The notes below the pieces were generated by a model that was not told the DNA's origin, did no database searches, and saw only the letters and a program-made list of their open reading frames with translations. A stretch of 63,887 bases of DNA. Source: Utricularia gibba (lineage: Eukaryota > Plantae > Magnoliophyta). The stretch spans positions 1 to 63,887 of the forward strand of contig NEEC01000154.1 of NCBI GenBank assembly GCA_002189035.1. The letters are read 5' to 3'. Positions 53,501 to 63,887 of this stretch are shown here, one piece after another (the stretch's first letter is position 1; each line of letters begins with the position of its first letter). The translations under genes were made by a program, and so were the position numbers.

Positions 53501-56500
53501 TTTTGAAAGCGAGAAATCCCATTCGCGTCGAATCGGAAGTCCGAGGTCGCATCATCGCGAACGTCGTGGCCACTTTTGGCACAATTGAAGGGTAATATAA
53601 GGCAATAATTCGAGCTCTGATATATTGTCGGACGACGAAGCTTCAAAAAGGAAGATGACGCCCTGGAATGAGCTTCGAAACGGTGTGTCGTGCGCAACGT
53701 GGCTCATCACGGTTTCAAGATATCGAAAAATACGGAATGGTGCACGAGGCCTGCATCAGGTGTGGTTGGAACACAACGTGCATTGTAAGGGATCGCCTCA
53801 AAAACAAAAATTTCACACCTTCCAATGAAATCCATATGTTTTGAAAGCGAGAAATCCATTCGCGTCGAATCGGAAGTCCGAGGTCGCATCATCGCGAACG
53901 TCGTGGCCACTTTTGGCACAATTGAAGGCTAATATAAGGCAATAATTCGAGCTCTGATACATCGTCGGACGACGAAGCTTCAAAACGGAAGATGACCGCC
54001 CTGGAATGAGCTTCGAAACGTGTGTCGTGGCAACGTGGCTCATCACGGTTTCAAGATATCGATAAAATACGGAATGGTGCACGAGGCCTGCATCAGGTGT
54101 GGGTTGGAACACAACCGTGGCATTGTAAGGGTCGCCTCTAAAAACAAAAATTTCACACCTTCCAATGAAATCCATATGTTTGAAAGCGAGAAATCCCATT
54201 CGCGTCGAATCGGAAGTCCGAGGTCGCATCATCGCGAACGTCGTGGCCACTTTGTGGCACAATTGAAGGCTAATATAAGGCAATAATTCGAGCTCTGATA
54301 CATCGTCGGACGACGAAGCTTCAAAACGGAAGATGACCGCCCTGAATGAGCTTCGAAACGGTGTGTCGTGGCAACGTGGCTCATCACGGTTTCAAGATAT
54401 CGATAAAATACGGAATGGTGCACGAGGCCTGCATCAGGTGTGGGTTGGAACACAACCGTGGCATTGTAAGGGATCGCCTCAAAAAAAAAAAATTTCACAC
54501 CTTCCAATGAAATGCATATGTTTTGAAAGCGAGAAATCCAATTCGCGTCGAATCGGAAGTCCGAGGTCGCATCATCGCGAACGTCGTGGCCACTTTTTGG
54601 CACAATTGAAGGGTAATATAAGGCAATAATTCGAGCTCTGATATATTGTCGGACGACGAAGCTTCCAAAACGGAAGATGACCGCCTAGGAATGAGCTTCG
54701 AAACGTGTGTCGTGCAACGTGGCTCATCACGGTTTCAAGATATCGATAAAAATACGGAATGGTGCACGAGGCCTGCATCAGGTGTGGGTTGGAACACAAC
54801 CGTGCATTGTAAGGGATCGCCTCAAAAACAAAATTTCACACCTTCCAATGAAATGCATATTTTTGCAAGCGAGAAATCACATTTGCGTCGAATTGGAAGC
54901 CCGAGTCGCATCATCGCGAACGTCGTGGCCACTTTGTGGCACAATTGAAGGCTAATATAAGGCAATAATTCGAGCTCTGATACATCGTCGGACGACGAAG
55001 CTTCAAAAACGGAAGATGACCGCCTCTGGAATGAGCTTCGAAACGGTGTGTCGTGCGCAACGTGGCTCATCACGGTTTTCAAGATATCGACAAAATACGG
55101 AATGGTGCACGAGGCCTGCATCAGGTGTGGGTTGGAACACACCGTGGCATTGTAAGGGATCGCCTCTAAAACGAAAATTTCACACCTTCCAATGAAATGC
55201 ATATGTTTTGAAAGCGAGAAATCATTTGCGTCGAATCGGAAGTCCGAGGTCGCATCATCGCGAACGTCGTGGCCACTTTGTGGCACAATTGAAGGCTAAT
55301 ATAAGGCAATATTCGAGCTCTGATATGTCGGACGACGAAGCTTCAAAAACGGAAGATGACCGCCCTGGAATGAGCTTCGAAACGGTGTGTCGTGCGCAAC
55401 GTGGCTCATCACGGTTTCAAGATATCGAAAAATACGGAATGGTGCACGAGGCCTTCATCAGGTGTGGGTTGGAACACAACCGTGGCATTGTAAGGGATCG
55501 CCTCAAAAAAAAATTTCACACCTTCCAATGAAATCCATATGTTTTTGAAAGCGAGAAATCCATTCGCGTCGAATCGGAAGTCCGAGGTCGCATCATCGCG
55601 AACGTCGTGGCCACTTTGTGGCACAATTGAAGGCTAATATAAGGCAATAATTCGAGCTCTGATATCGTCGGACGACGAAGCTTCAAAACGGAAGATGACC
55701 GCCCTGGAATGAGCTTCGAAACGGTGTGTCGTGGCAACGTGGCTCATCACGGTTTTCAAGATATCGATAAATACGGAATGGTGCACGAGGCCTGCATCAG
55801 GTGTGGGTTGGAACACAACCGTGGCATTGTAAGGGATCGCCTCAAAAACAAAAATTTCACACCTTCCAATGAAATCCATATGTTTGAAGCGAGAAAACCA
55901 TTCGCGTCGAATCGGAAGTCCGAGTCGCATCATCGCGAACGTCGTGGCCACTTTGTGGCACAATTGAAGGCTAATATAAGGCAATAATTCGAGCTCTGAT
56001 ACATCGTCGGACGACGAAGCTTCAAAACGGAAGATGACCGCCTGAATGAGCTTCGAAACGGTGTGTCGTGGCAACGTGGCTCATCACGGTTTTCAAGATA
56101 TCGATAAAATACGGAATGGTGCACGAGGCCTGCATCAGGTGTGGGTTGGAACACAACCGTGGCATTGTAAGGGATCGCCTCAAAAACAAAATTTCACACC
56201 TTCCAATGAAATGCATATGTTTTGAAGCGAGAAATCCATTTGCGTCGAATTGGAAGCCCGAGTCGCATCATCGCGAACGTCGTGGCCACTTTGTGGCACA
56301 ATTGAAGGCTAATATAAGGCAATAATTCGAGCTCTGATACATCGTCGGACGACGAAGCTTCAAAACGGAAGATGACCGCCTGGAATGAGCTTCGAAACGG
56401 TGTGTCGTGCGCAACGTGGCTCATCACGGTTTTAAGATATCGACAAAATACGGAATGGTGCACGAGGCCTTCATCAGGTGTGGGTTGGAACACACCGTGG

Positions 56501-57060
56501 CATTGTAAGGGATCGCCTCTAAAACGAAAATTTCACACCTTCCAATGAAATGCATATGTTTTGCAAGCGAGAAATCCATTTGCGTCGAATTGGAAGCCGA
56601 GTCGCATCATCGCGACGTCGTGGGCCACTTTGTGGCACAATTGAAGGCTAATATAAGGCAATAATTCGAGCTCTGATACATCGTCGGACGACGAAGCTTC
56701 AAAACGGAAGATGACCGCTCTGGAATGAGCTTCGAAACGGTGTGTCGTGCGCAACGTGGCTCATCACGGTTTTCAAGATATCGACAAAACGGAATGGTGC
56801 ACGAGGCCTTCATCAGGTGTGGGTTGGAACACACCGTGGCATTGTAAGGGATCGCCTCAAAAAAAAAAATTTCACACCTTCCAATGAAATGCATATGTTT
56901 TGCAAGCGAGAAATCCATTTGCGTCGAATTGGAAGCCGAGTCGCATCATCGCGAACGTCGTGGCCACTTTGTGGCACAATTGAAGGGTAATATAAGGCAA
57001 TAATTCGAGCTCTGATATATTGTCGGACGACGAAGCTTCAAAAACGGAAGATGACCGCCC
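50500..57060 (+). repeat. C/B-like domain of ~19 monomers lacking subtype-A alleles
   Basis: No CAACAAGG, GATATTTAC, GGGTTCGCC or TTCATACC found by eye between the deletion at ~50496 and ~57060, although A occurs every 2-3 monomers in most of the window. Confidence 0.75.
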
Positions 57061-60000
57061 TGGAATGAGCTTCGAAACGGTGTGTCGTGCAACGGGCTCA
57101 TCACGGTTTTCAAGATATTTACAAAATACGGAATGGTGCACGAGGCCTGCATCAGGTGTGGGTTGGAACACACCGTGGCATTGTAAGGGATCGCCTCTAA
57201 AACAAAATTTCACACCTTCCAATGAAATGCATATGTTTTGCAAGCGAGAAATCACATTTGCGTCGAATTGGAAGCCCGAGTCGCATCATCGCGAACGTCG
57301 TGGCCACTTTGTGGCACAATTGAAGGCTAATATAAGGCAATAATTCGAGCTCTGATACATTGTCGGACGACGAAGCTTCAAAAACGGAAGATGACCGCCG
57401 GAATGAGCTTCGAAACGGTGTGTCGTGCGCAACGTGGCTCATCACGGTTTTCAAGATATCGAGAAAATACGGAATGGTGCACGAGGCCTTCATCAGGTGT
57501 GGGTTGGAACACAACCGTGGCATTGTAAGGGATCGCCTCAAAAACGAAAAATTTCACACCTTCCAATGAAATGCATATGTTTTGAAAGCGAGAAATCCCA
57601 TTCGCGTCGAATCGGAAGTCCGAGGTCGCATCATCGCGAACGTCGTGGCCACTTTGTGGCACAATTGAAGGCTAATATAAGGCAATAATTCGAGCTCTGA
57701 TACATCGTCGGACGACGAAGCTTCCAAAACGGAAGATGACCGCCTGAATGAGCTTCGAAACGTGTGTCGTTGTGGCTCATCACGGTTTCAAGATATCGAT
57801 AAAATACGGAATGGTGCACGAGGCCTGCATCAGGTGTGGGTTGGAACACAACCGTGCCATTGTAAGGGATCGCCTCAAAAACAAAAATTTCACACCTTCC
57901 AATGAAATGCATATCTTTTGCAAGCGAGAAATCACATTTGCGTCGAATTGGAAGCCCGAGTCGCATCATCGCGTACGTCGTGGCCACTTTGTGGCACAAT
58001 TGAAGGCTAATATAAGGCAATAATTCGAGCTCTGATACATCGTCGGACGACGAAGCTTCAAAAACGGAAGATGACCGCTCTGGAATGAGCTTCGAAACGG
58101 TGTGTCGTGTGCAACAAGGCTCATCACGGTTTTCAAGATATTTACAAAATACGGAATGGTGCACGAGGCCTGCATCAGGTGTGGGTTGGAACACAACCGT
58201 GGCATTGTAAGGGTTCGCCTCTAAACAAAAATTTCATACCTTCCAATGAAATCCATATGTCTTGAATGCGAGAAAACCCATTCGCGTCGAATCGGAAGTC
58301 CGAGGTCGCATCATCGCGAACGTCGTGGCCACTTTGTGGCACAATTGAAGGCTAATATAAGGCAATAATTCGAGCTCTGATATATTGTCGAACGACAAAG
58401 CTTGCAAACGGAAGATGACCGCCTCGGAATGAGCTTCGAAACGGTGTGTCGTGTGAAACGTGGCTCATCACGGTTTTCAAGATATCGATAAAATACGGAA
58501 TGGTGCACGAGGCCTGTCAGGTGTGGGTTGGAACACAACCGTGGCATTGTAAGGGATCGCCTCTAAAACAAAAATTTCACACCTTCCAATGAAATCCATA
58601 TGTCTTGAAGCGAGAAATCCCATTCGCGTCGAATCGGAAGTCCGAGTCGCATCATCGCGAACGTCGTGGCCACTTTGTGGCACAATTGAAGGCTAATATA
58701 AGGCAATAATTCGAGCTCTGATATATTGTCGGACGACGAAGCTTCAAAACGGAAGATGACCGCCTCGGAATGAGCTTCGAAACGGTGTGTCGTGTGCAAC
58801 AAGGCTCATCACGGTTTTCAAGATATCAAAATACGGAATGGTGCACGAGGCCTGCATCAGGTGTGGGTTGGAACACAACCGTGGCATTGTAAGGGATCGC
58901 CTCAAAAACAAAAATTTCACACACCTTCCAATGAAATCCATATGTTTTGAAGCGAGAAATCCCATTCGCGTCGAATCGGAAGTCCGAGGTCGCATCATCG
59001 CGAACGTCGTGGCCACTTTGTGGCACAATTGAAGGGTAATATAAGGCAATAATTCGAGCTCTGATATATTGTCGGACGACGAAGCTTCCAAAACGGAAGA
59101 TGACCGCCCTGGAATGAGCTTCGAAACGGTGTGTCGTGCGCAACGTGGCTCATCACGGTTTCAAGATATCGATAAAATACGGAATGGTGCACGAGGCCTG
59201 CATCAGGTGTGGGTTGGAACACAACCGTGCCATTGTAAGGGATCGCCTCAAAAACAAAAATTTCACACCTTCCAATGAAATGCATATGTTTTTGCAAGCG
59301 AGAAATCACATTTGCGTCGAATTGGAAGCCCGAGTCGCATCATCGCGACGTCGTGGCCACTTTGTGGCACAATTGAAGGCTAATATAAGGCAATAATTCG
59401 ATCTCTGATACATCGTCGGACGACGAAGCTTCAAAAACGGAAGATGACCGCTCTGGAATGAGCTTCGAAACGGTGTGTCGTTCACGGTTTTAAGATATCG
59501 ACAAAATACGGAATGGTGCACGAGGCCTTCATCAGGTGTGGGTTGGAACACAACGTGCATTGTAAGGGATCGCCTCTAAAACAAAATTTCACACCTTCCA
59601 ATGAAATCATATGTTTTGCAAGCGAGAAATCCATTCGCGTCGAATCGGAAGTCCGAGGTCGCATCATCGCGAACGTCGTGGCCACTTTTGGCACAATTGA
59701 AGGGTAATATAAGGCAATAATTCCAGCTCTGATATATTGTCGGACAATGAAGCTTCAAAACGGAAGATGACCGCCCTGAATGAGCTTCGAAACGGTGTGT
59801 CGTGCGCAACGTGGCTCATCACGGTTTTCAAGATATCGATAAAATACGGAATGTGCACGAGGCCTGCATCAGGTGTGGGTTGGAACACAACCGTGGCATT
59901 GTAAGGGATCGCCTCAAAAACAAAAATTTCACACCTTCCAATGAAATCATATGTTTGAATGCGAGAAATCCCATTCGCGTCGAATCGGAAGTCCGAGGTC

Positions 60001-60120
60001 GCATCATCGCGAACGTCGTGGCCACTTTGTGGCACAATTGAAGGCTAATATAAGGCAATAATTCGAGCTCTGATATATTGTCGAACGACGAAGCTTCAAA
60101 ACGGAAGATGACCGCCTCGG

Positions 60121-61820
60121 AATGAGCTTCGAAACGGTGTGTCGTGTGCAACAAGGCTCATCACGGTTTTCAAGATATTTACAAATACGGAATGGTGCAC
60201 GAGGCCTGCATCAGGTGTGGGTTGGAACACACCGTGGCATTGTAAGGGTTCGCCTCTAAAACAAAATTTCATACCTTCCAATGAAATGCATATGTTTTGA
60301 AGCGAGAAATCACATTTGCGTCGAATTGGAAGCCCGAGTCGCATCATCGCGAACGTCGTGGCCACTTTGTGGCACAATTGAAGGCTAATATAAGGCAATA
60401 ATTCGAGCTCTGATACATCGTCGGACGACGAAGCTTCAAAAACGGAAGATGACCGCTGGAATGAGCTTCGAAACGGTGTGTCGTGTGCAACAAGGCTCAT
60501 CACGGTTTTCAAGATATTTACAAAAATACGGAATGGTGCACGAGGCCTGCATCAGGTGTGGGTTGGAACACAACCGTGGCATTGTAAGGGTTCGCCTCTA
60601 AAACAAAAATTTCACACCTTCCAATGAAATGCATATCTTTTGCAAGCGAGAAATCACATTTGCGTCGAATTGGAAGCCCGAGTCGCATCATCGCGTACGT
60701 CGTGGCCACTTTGTGGCACAATTGAAGGCTAATATAAGGCAATAATTCGATCTCTGATACATCGTCGGACGACGAAGCTTCAAAACGGAAGATGACCGCT
60801 CTGGAATGAGCTTCGAAACGGTGTGTCGTGTGCAACAAGGCTCATCACGGTTTTCAAGATATTTAAAATACGGAATGGTGCACGAGGCCTGCATCAGGTG
60901 TGGGTTGGAACACAACCGTGGCATTGTAAGGGTTCGCCTCTTAAACAAAAATTTCATACCTTCCAATGAAATCATATGTCTTGAATGCGAGAAAACCCAT
61001 TCGCGTCGAATCGGAAGTCCGAGGTCGCATCATCGCGAACGTCGTGGCCACTTTGTGCACAATTGAAGGCTAATATAAGGCAATAATTCGAGCTCTGATA
61101 TATTGTCGAACGACAAAGCTTCAAAACGGAAGATGACCGCCTCGGAATGAGCTTCGAAACGGTGTGTCGTGTGCAACAAGGCTCATCACGGTTTTCAAGA
61201 TATTTACAAAATACGGAATGGTGCACGAGGCCTGCATCAGGTGTGGGTTGGAACACACCGTGGCATTGTAAGGGTTCGCCTCTAAAACAAAAATTTCACA
61301 CCTTCCAATGAAATCCATATGTCTTGAATGCGAGAAAACCCATTCGCGTCGAATCGGAAGTCCGAGGTCGCATCATCGAACGTCGTGGCCACTTTGTGGC
61401 ACAATTGAAGGCTAATATAAGGCAATAATTCGAGCTCTGATATATTGTCGAACGACAAAGCTTCAAACGGAAGATGACCGCCTCGGAATGAGCTTCGAAA
61501 CGGTGTGTCGTGTGCAACAGGCTCATCACGGTTTTCAAGATATTTACAAAATACGGAATGGTGCACGAGGCCTGCATCAGGTGTGGGTTGGAACACACCG
61601 TGGCATTGTAAGGGTTCGCCTCTAAAACAAAAATTTCATACCTTCCAATGAAATCCATATGTCTTGAAGCGAGAAAACCCATTCGCGTCGAATCGGAAGT
61701 CCGAGGTCGCATCATCGCGTACGTCGTGGCCACTTTGTGGCACAATTGAAGGCTAATATAAGGCAATAATTCGATCTCTGATACATCGTCGGACGACGAA
61801 GCTTCAAAAACGGAAGATGA
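60121..61820 (+). repeat. Run of five consecutive A-headed monomers (two A-head/B-tail chimeras, then A, A, A)
   Basis: CAACA(A)GG, GATATTTA and GGGTTCGCC occur in five successive monomers (about 60121, 60460, 60805, 61145, 61487). The first two end in the B tail AAATCACATTTG...AATTGGAAGCCC. Confidence 0.75.
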
Positions 61821-63887
61821 CCTGGAATGAGCTTCGAAACGGTGTGTCGTGCGCAACGTGGCTCATCACGGTTTTCAAGATATCGACAAAATACGGAATG
61901 GTGCACGAGGCCTGCATCAGGTGTGGGTTGGAACACAACCGTGGCATTGTAAGGGATCGCCTCAAAAACAAAAATTTCACACCTTCCAATGAAATGCATA
62001 TGTTTTGAAAGCGAGAAATCCCATTCGCGTCGAATCGGAAGTCCGAGGTCGCATCATCGCGAACGTCGTGGCCACTTTGTGCACAATTGAAGGCTAATAT
62101 AAGGCAATAATTCGAGCTCTGATACATCGTCGGACGACGAAGCTTCCAAAACGGAAGATGACCGCCCTGGAATGAGCTTCGAAACGGTGTGTCGTGTGCA
62201 ACGTGGCTCATCACGGTTTTCAAGATATCGATAAAAATACGGAATGGTGCACGAGGCCTGCATCAGGTGTGGGTTGGAACACACCGTGCCATTGTAAGGG
62301 ATCGCCTCAAAAAAAAATTTCACACCTTCCAATGAAATGCATATTTTGAAGCGAGAAATCCATTCGCGTCGAATCGGAAGCCCGAGTCGCATCATCGCGA
62401 ACGTCGTGGCCACTTTGTGGCACAATTGAAGGCTAATATAAGGCAATAATTCGAGCTCTGATATATTGTCGGACGACGAAGCTTCAAAAACGGAAGATGA
62501 CCGCTCTGGAATGAGCTTCGAAACGGTGTGTCGTGTGCAACAAGGCTCATCACGGTTTTCAAGATATTTACAAAATACGGAATGGTGCACGAGGCCTGCA
62601 TCAGGTGTGGGTTGGAACACAACCGTGGCATTGTAAGGGTCGCCTCTAAAAAAAAATTTCATACCTTCCAATGAAATCCATATGTTTGAATGCGAGAAAT
62701 CCATTCGCGTCGAATCGGAAGTCCGAGGTCGCATCATCGCGAACGTCGTGGCCACTTTGTGGCACAATTGAAGGCTAATATAAGGCAATAATTCGAGCTC
62801 TGATACATCGTCGGACGACGAAGCTTCAAAAACGGAAGATGACCGCCTCTGAGCTTCGAAACGGTGTGTCGTGTGCAAAAGGCTCATCACGGTTTTCAAG
62901 ATATTACAAAATACGGAATGGTGCACGAGGCCTGCATCAGGTGTGGGTTGGAACACAACCGTGGCATTGTAAGGGTTCGCCTCTAAAAAAAATTTCATAC
63001 CTTCCAATGAAATCCATATGTCTTGAATGCGAGAAAACCCATTCGCGTCGAATCGGAAGTCCGAGGTCGCATCATCGCGACGTCGTGGCCACTTTTGTGG
63101 CACAATTGAAGGCTAATATAAGGCAATAATTCGAGCTCTGATACATCGTCGGACGACGAAGCTTCAAAACGGAAGATGACCGCTGGAATGAGCTTCGAAA
63201 CGGTGTGTCGTGTGCAACGTGGCTCATCACGGTTTCAAGATATCGACAAAATACGGAATGGTGCACGAGGCCTGCATCAGGTGTGGGTTGGAACACAACC
63301 GTGGCATTGTAAGGGATCGCCTCAAAAACGAAAAATTTCACCTTCCAATGAAATCATATGTTTGAAAGCGAGAAATCCATTCGCGTCGAATCGGAAGTCC
63401 GAGGTCGCATCATCGCGAACGTCGTGGCCACTTTGTGGCACAATTGAAGGCTAATATAAGGCAATAATTCGAGCTCTGATATATTGTCGGACGACGAAGC
63501 TTCAAACGGAAGATGACCGCCTGAATGCTTCGAAACGTGTGTCGTGTGCAACGTGGCTCATCACGGTTTTCAAGATATCGATAAAATACGGAATGGTGCA
63601 CGAGGCTGCATCAGGTGTGGGTTGGAACACAACCGTGCCATTGTAAGGGATCGCCTCAAAAACAAAAAATTTCACACCTTCCAATGAAATGCATATCTTT
63701 TGCAAGCGAGAAATCACATTTGCGTCGAATTGGAAGCCCGAGTCGCATCATCGCGTACGTCGTGGCCACTTTGTGGCACAATTGAAGGCTAATATAAGGC
63801 AATAATTCGAGCTCTGATACATCGTCGGACGACGAAGCTTCAAAAACGGAAGATGACCGCTCTGGAATGAGCTTCGAAACGGTGTGT

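Larger units (their letters stand above)
1..63887. repeat. Tandem satellite DNA array, ~344-bp monomer, ~188 head-to-tail copies, family not recognised
   Basis: The same ordered motifs recur every ~340-346 bp from base 1 to the end: AAAATACGGAATGGTGCACGAGGCCT, CATCAGGTGTGGGTTGGAACAC, CCTTCCAATGAAAT, CGCGTCGAAT, CATCATCGCGAACGTCGTGGCCACTTTGTGGCACAATTGAAGG, TAATATAAGGCAATAATTCGA, ACGGAAGATGAC, GAATGAGCTTCGAAAC. No reverse-orientation copy and no unique stretch longer than ~35 bp was seen. Both window edges fall mid-monomer, so the array likely continues. Copy number counted by eye. Confidence 0.99.

Noticed and set aside
1-63887. Hundreds of 60-350 aa ORFs on both strands, e.g. 62054..63103 (349 aa) and 37361..38185 (274 aa)
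   Set aside because: All are permutations of the same few peptides produced by translating the repeat. Frames shift at random with indels, starts and stops are not conserved, and no protein domain is recognisable.
1-63887. CRISPR array or other repeat-spacer system
   Set aside because: There are no unique spacers; the entire ~344-bp unit repeats, and no cas-like or other genes are present.
1-63887. Assignment to a named ~340-360-bp satellite (Triticeae Afa, rice TrsA, maize TR-1, Drosophila 359-bp, Tribolium TCAST)
   Set aside because: Only the length is similar; I cannot recognise sequence identity and cannot run a search.

Overview
The whole 63.9-kb window is one uninterrupted head-to-tail tandem array of eukaryotic-type satellite DNA, not a gene-bearing region. 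The monomer is about 344-346 bp where cleanest and about 341 bp on average. I count roughly 188 copies by eye, all in the same orientation. It is roughly 47% GC and CpG-rich (about 30 CpG per monomer). I do not recognise the family or the organism. I found no credible CDS, RNA gene, CRISPR array or transposon; every listed ORF is a by-product of translating the repeat. The internal organisation is the interesting part. Monomers fall into subtypes (called A, B/B', C, D, E here) in non-random order. The main patterns are an A-B dimer higher-order repeat (exactly 689 bp at 27.9-29.3 kb), a recurrent C-B'-A-(B-A)n module and a local C-D dimer domain (about 6.7-11.3 kb). A roughly 6.5-kb domain lacks A alleles (50.5-57 kb), and there is a run of five A-headed or chimeric monomers (60.1-61.8 kb). 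Two truncated units re-enter the repeat at the same motif, and there is a microhomology-bounded 48-bp deletion. A 14-bp dyad stays perfectly palindromic in two alternative alleles. Many diagnostic variants are CpG transitions, consistent with a methylating host. Many scattered 1-bp and homopolymer deletions are probably long-read or consensus errors, so single-copy oddities need read-level validation.
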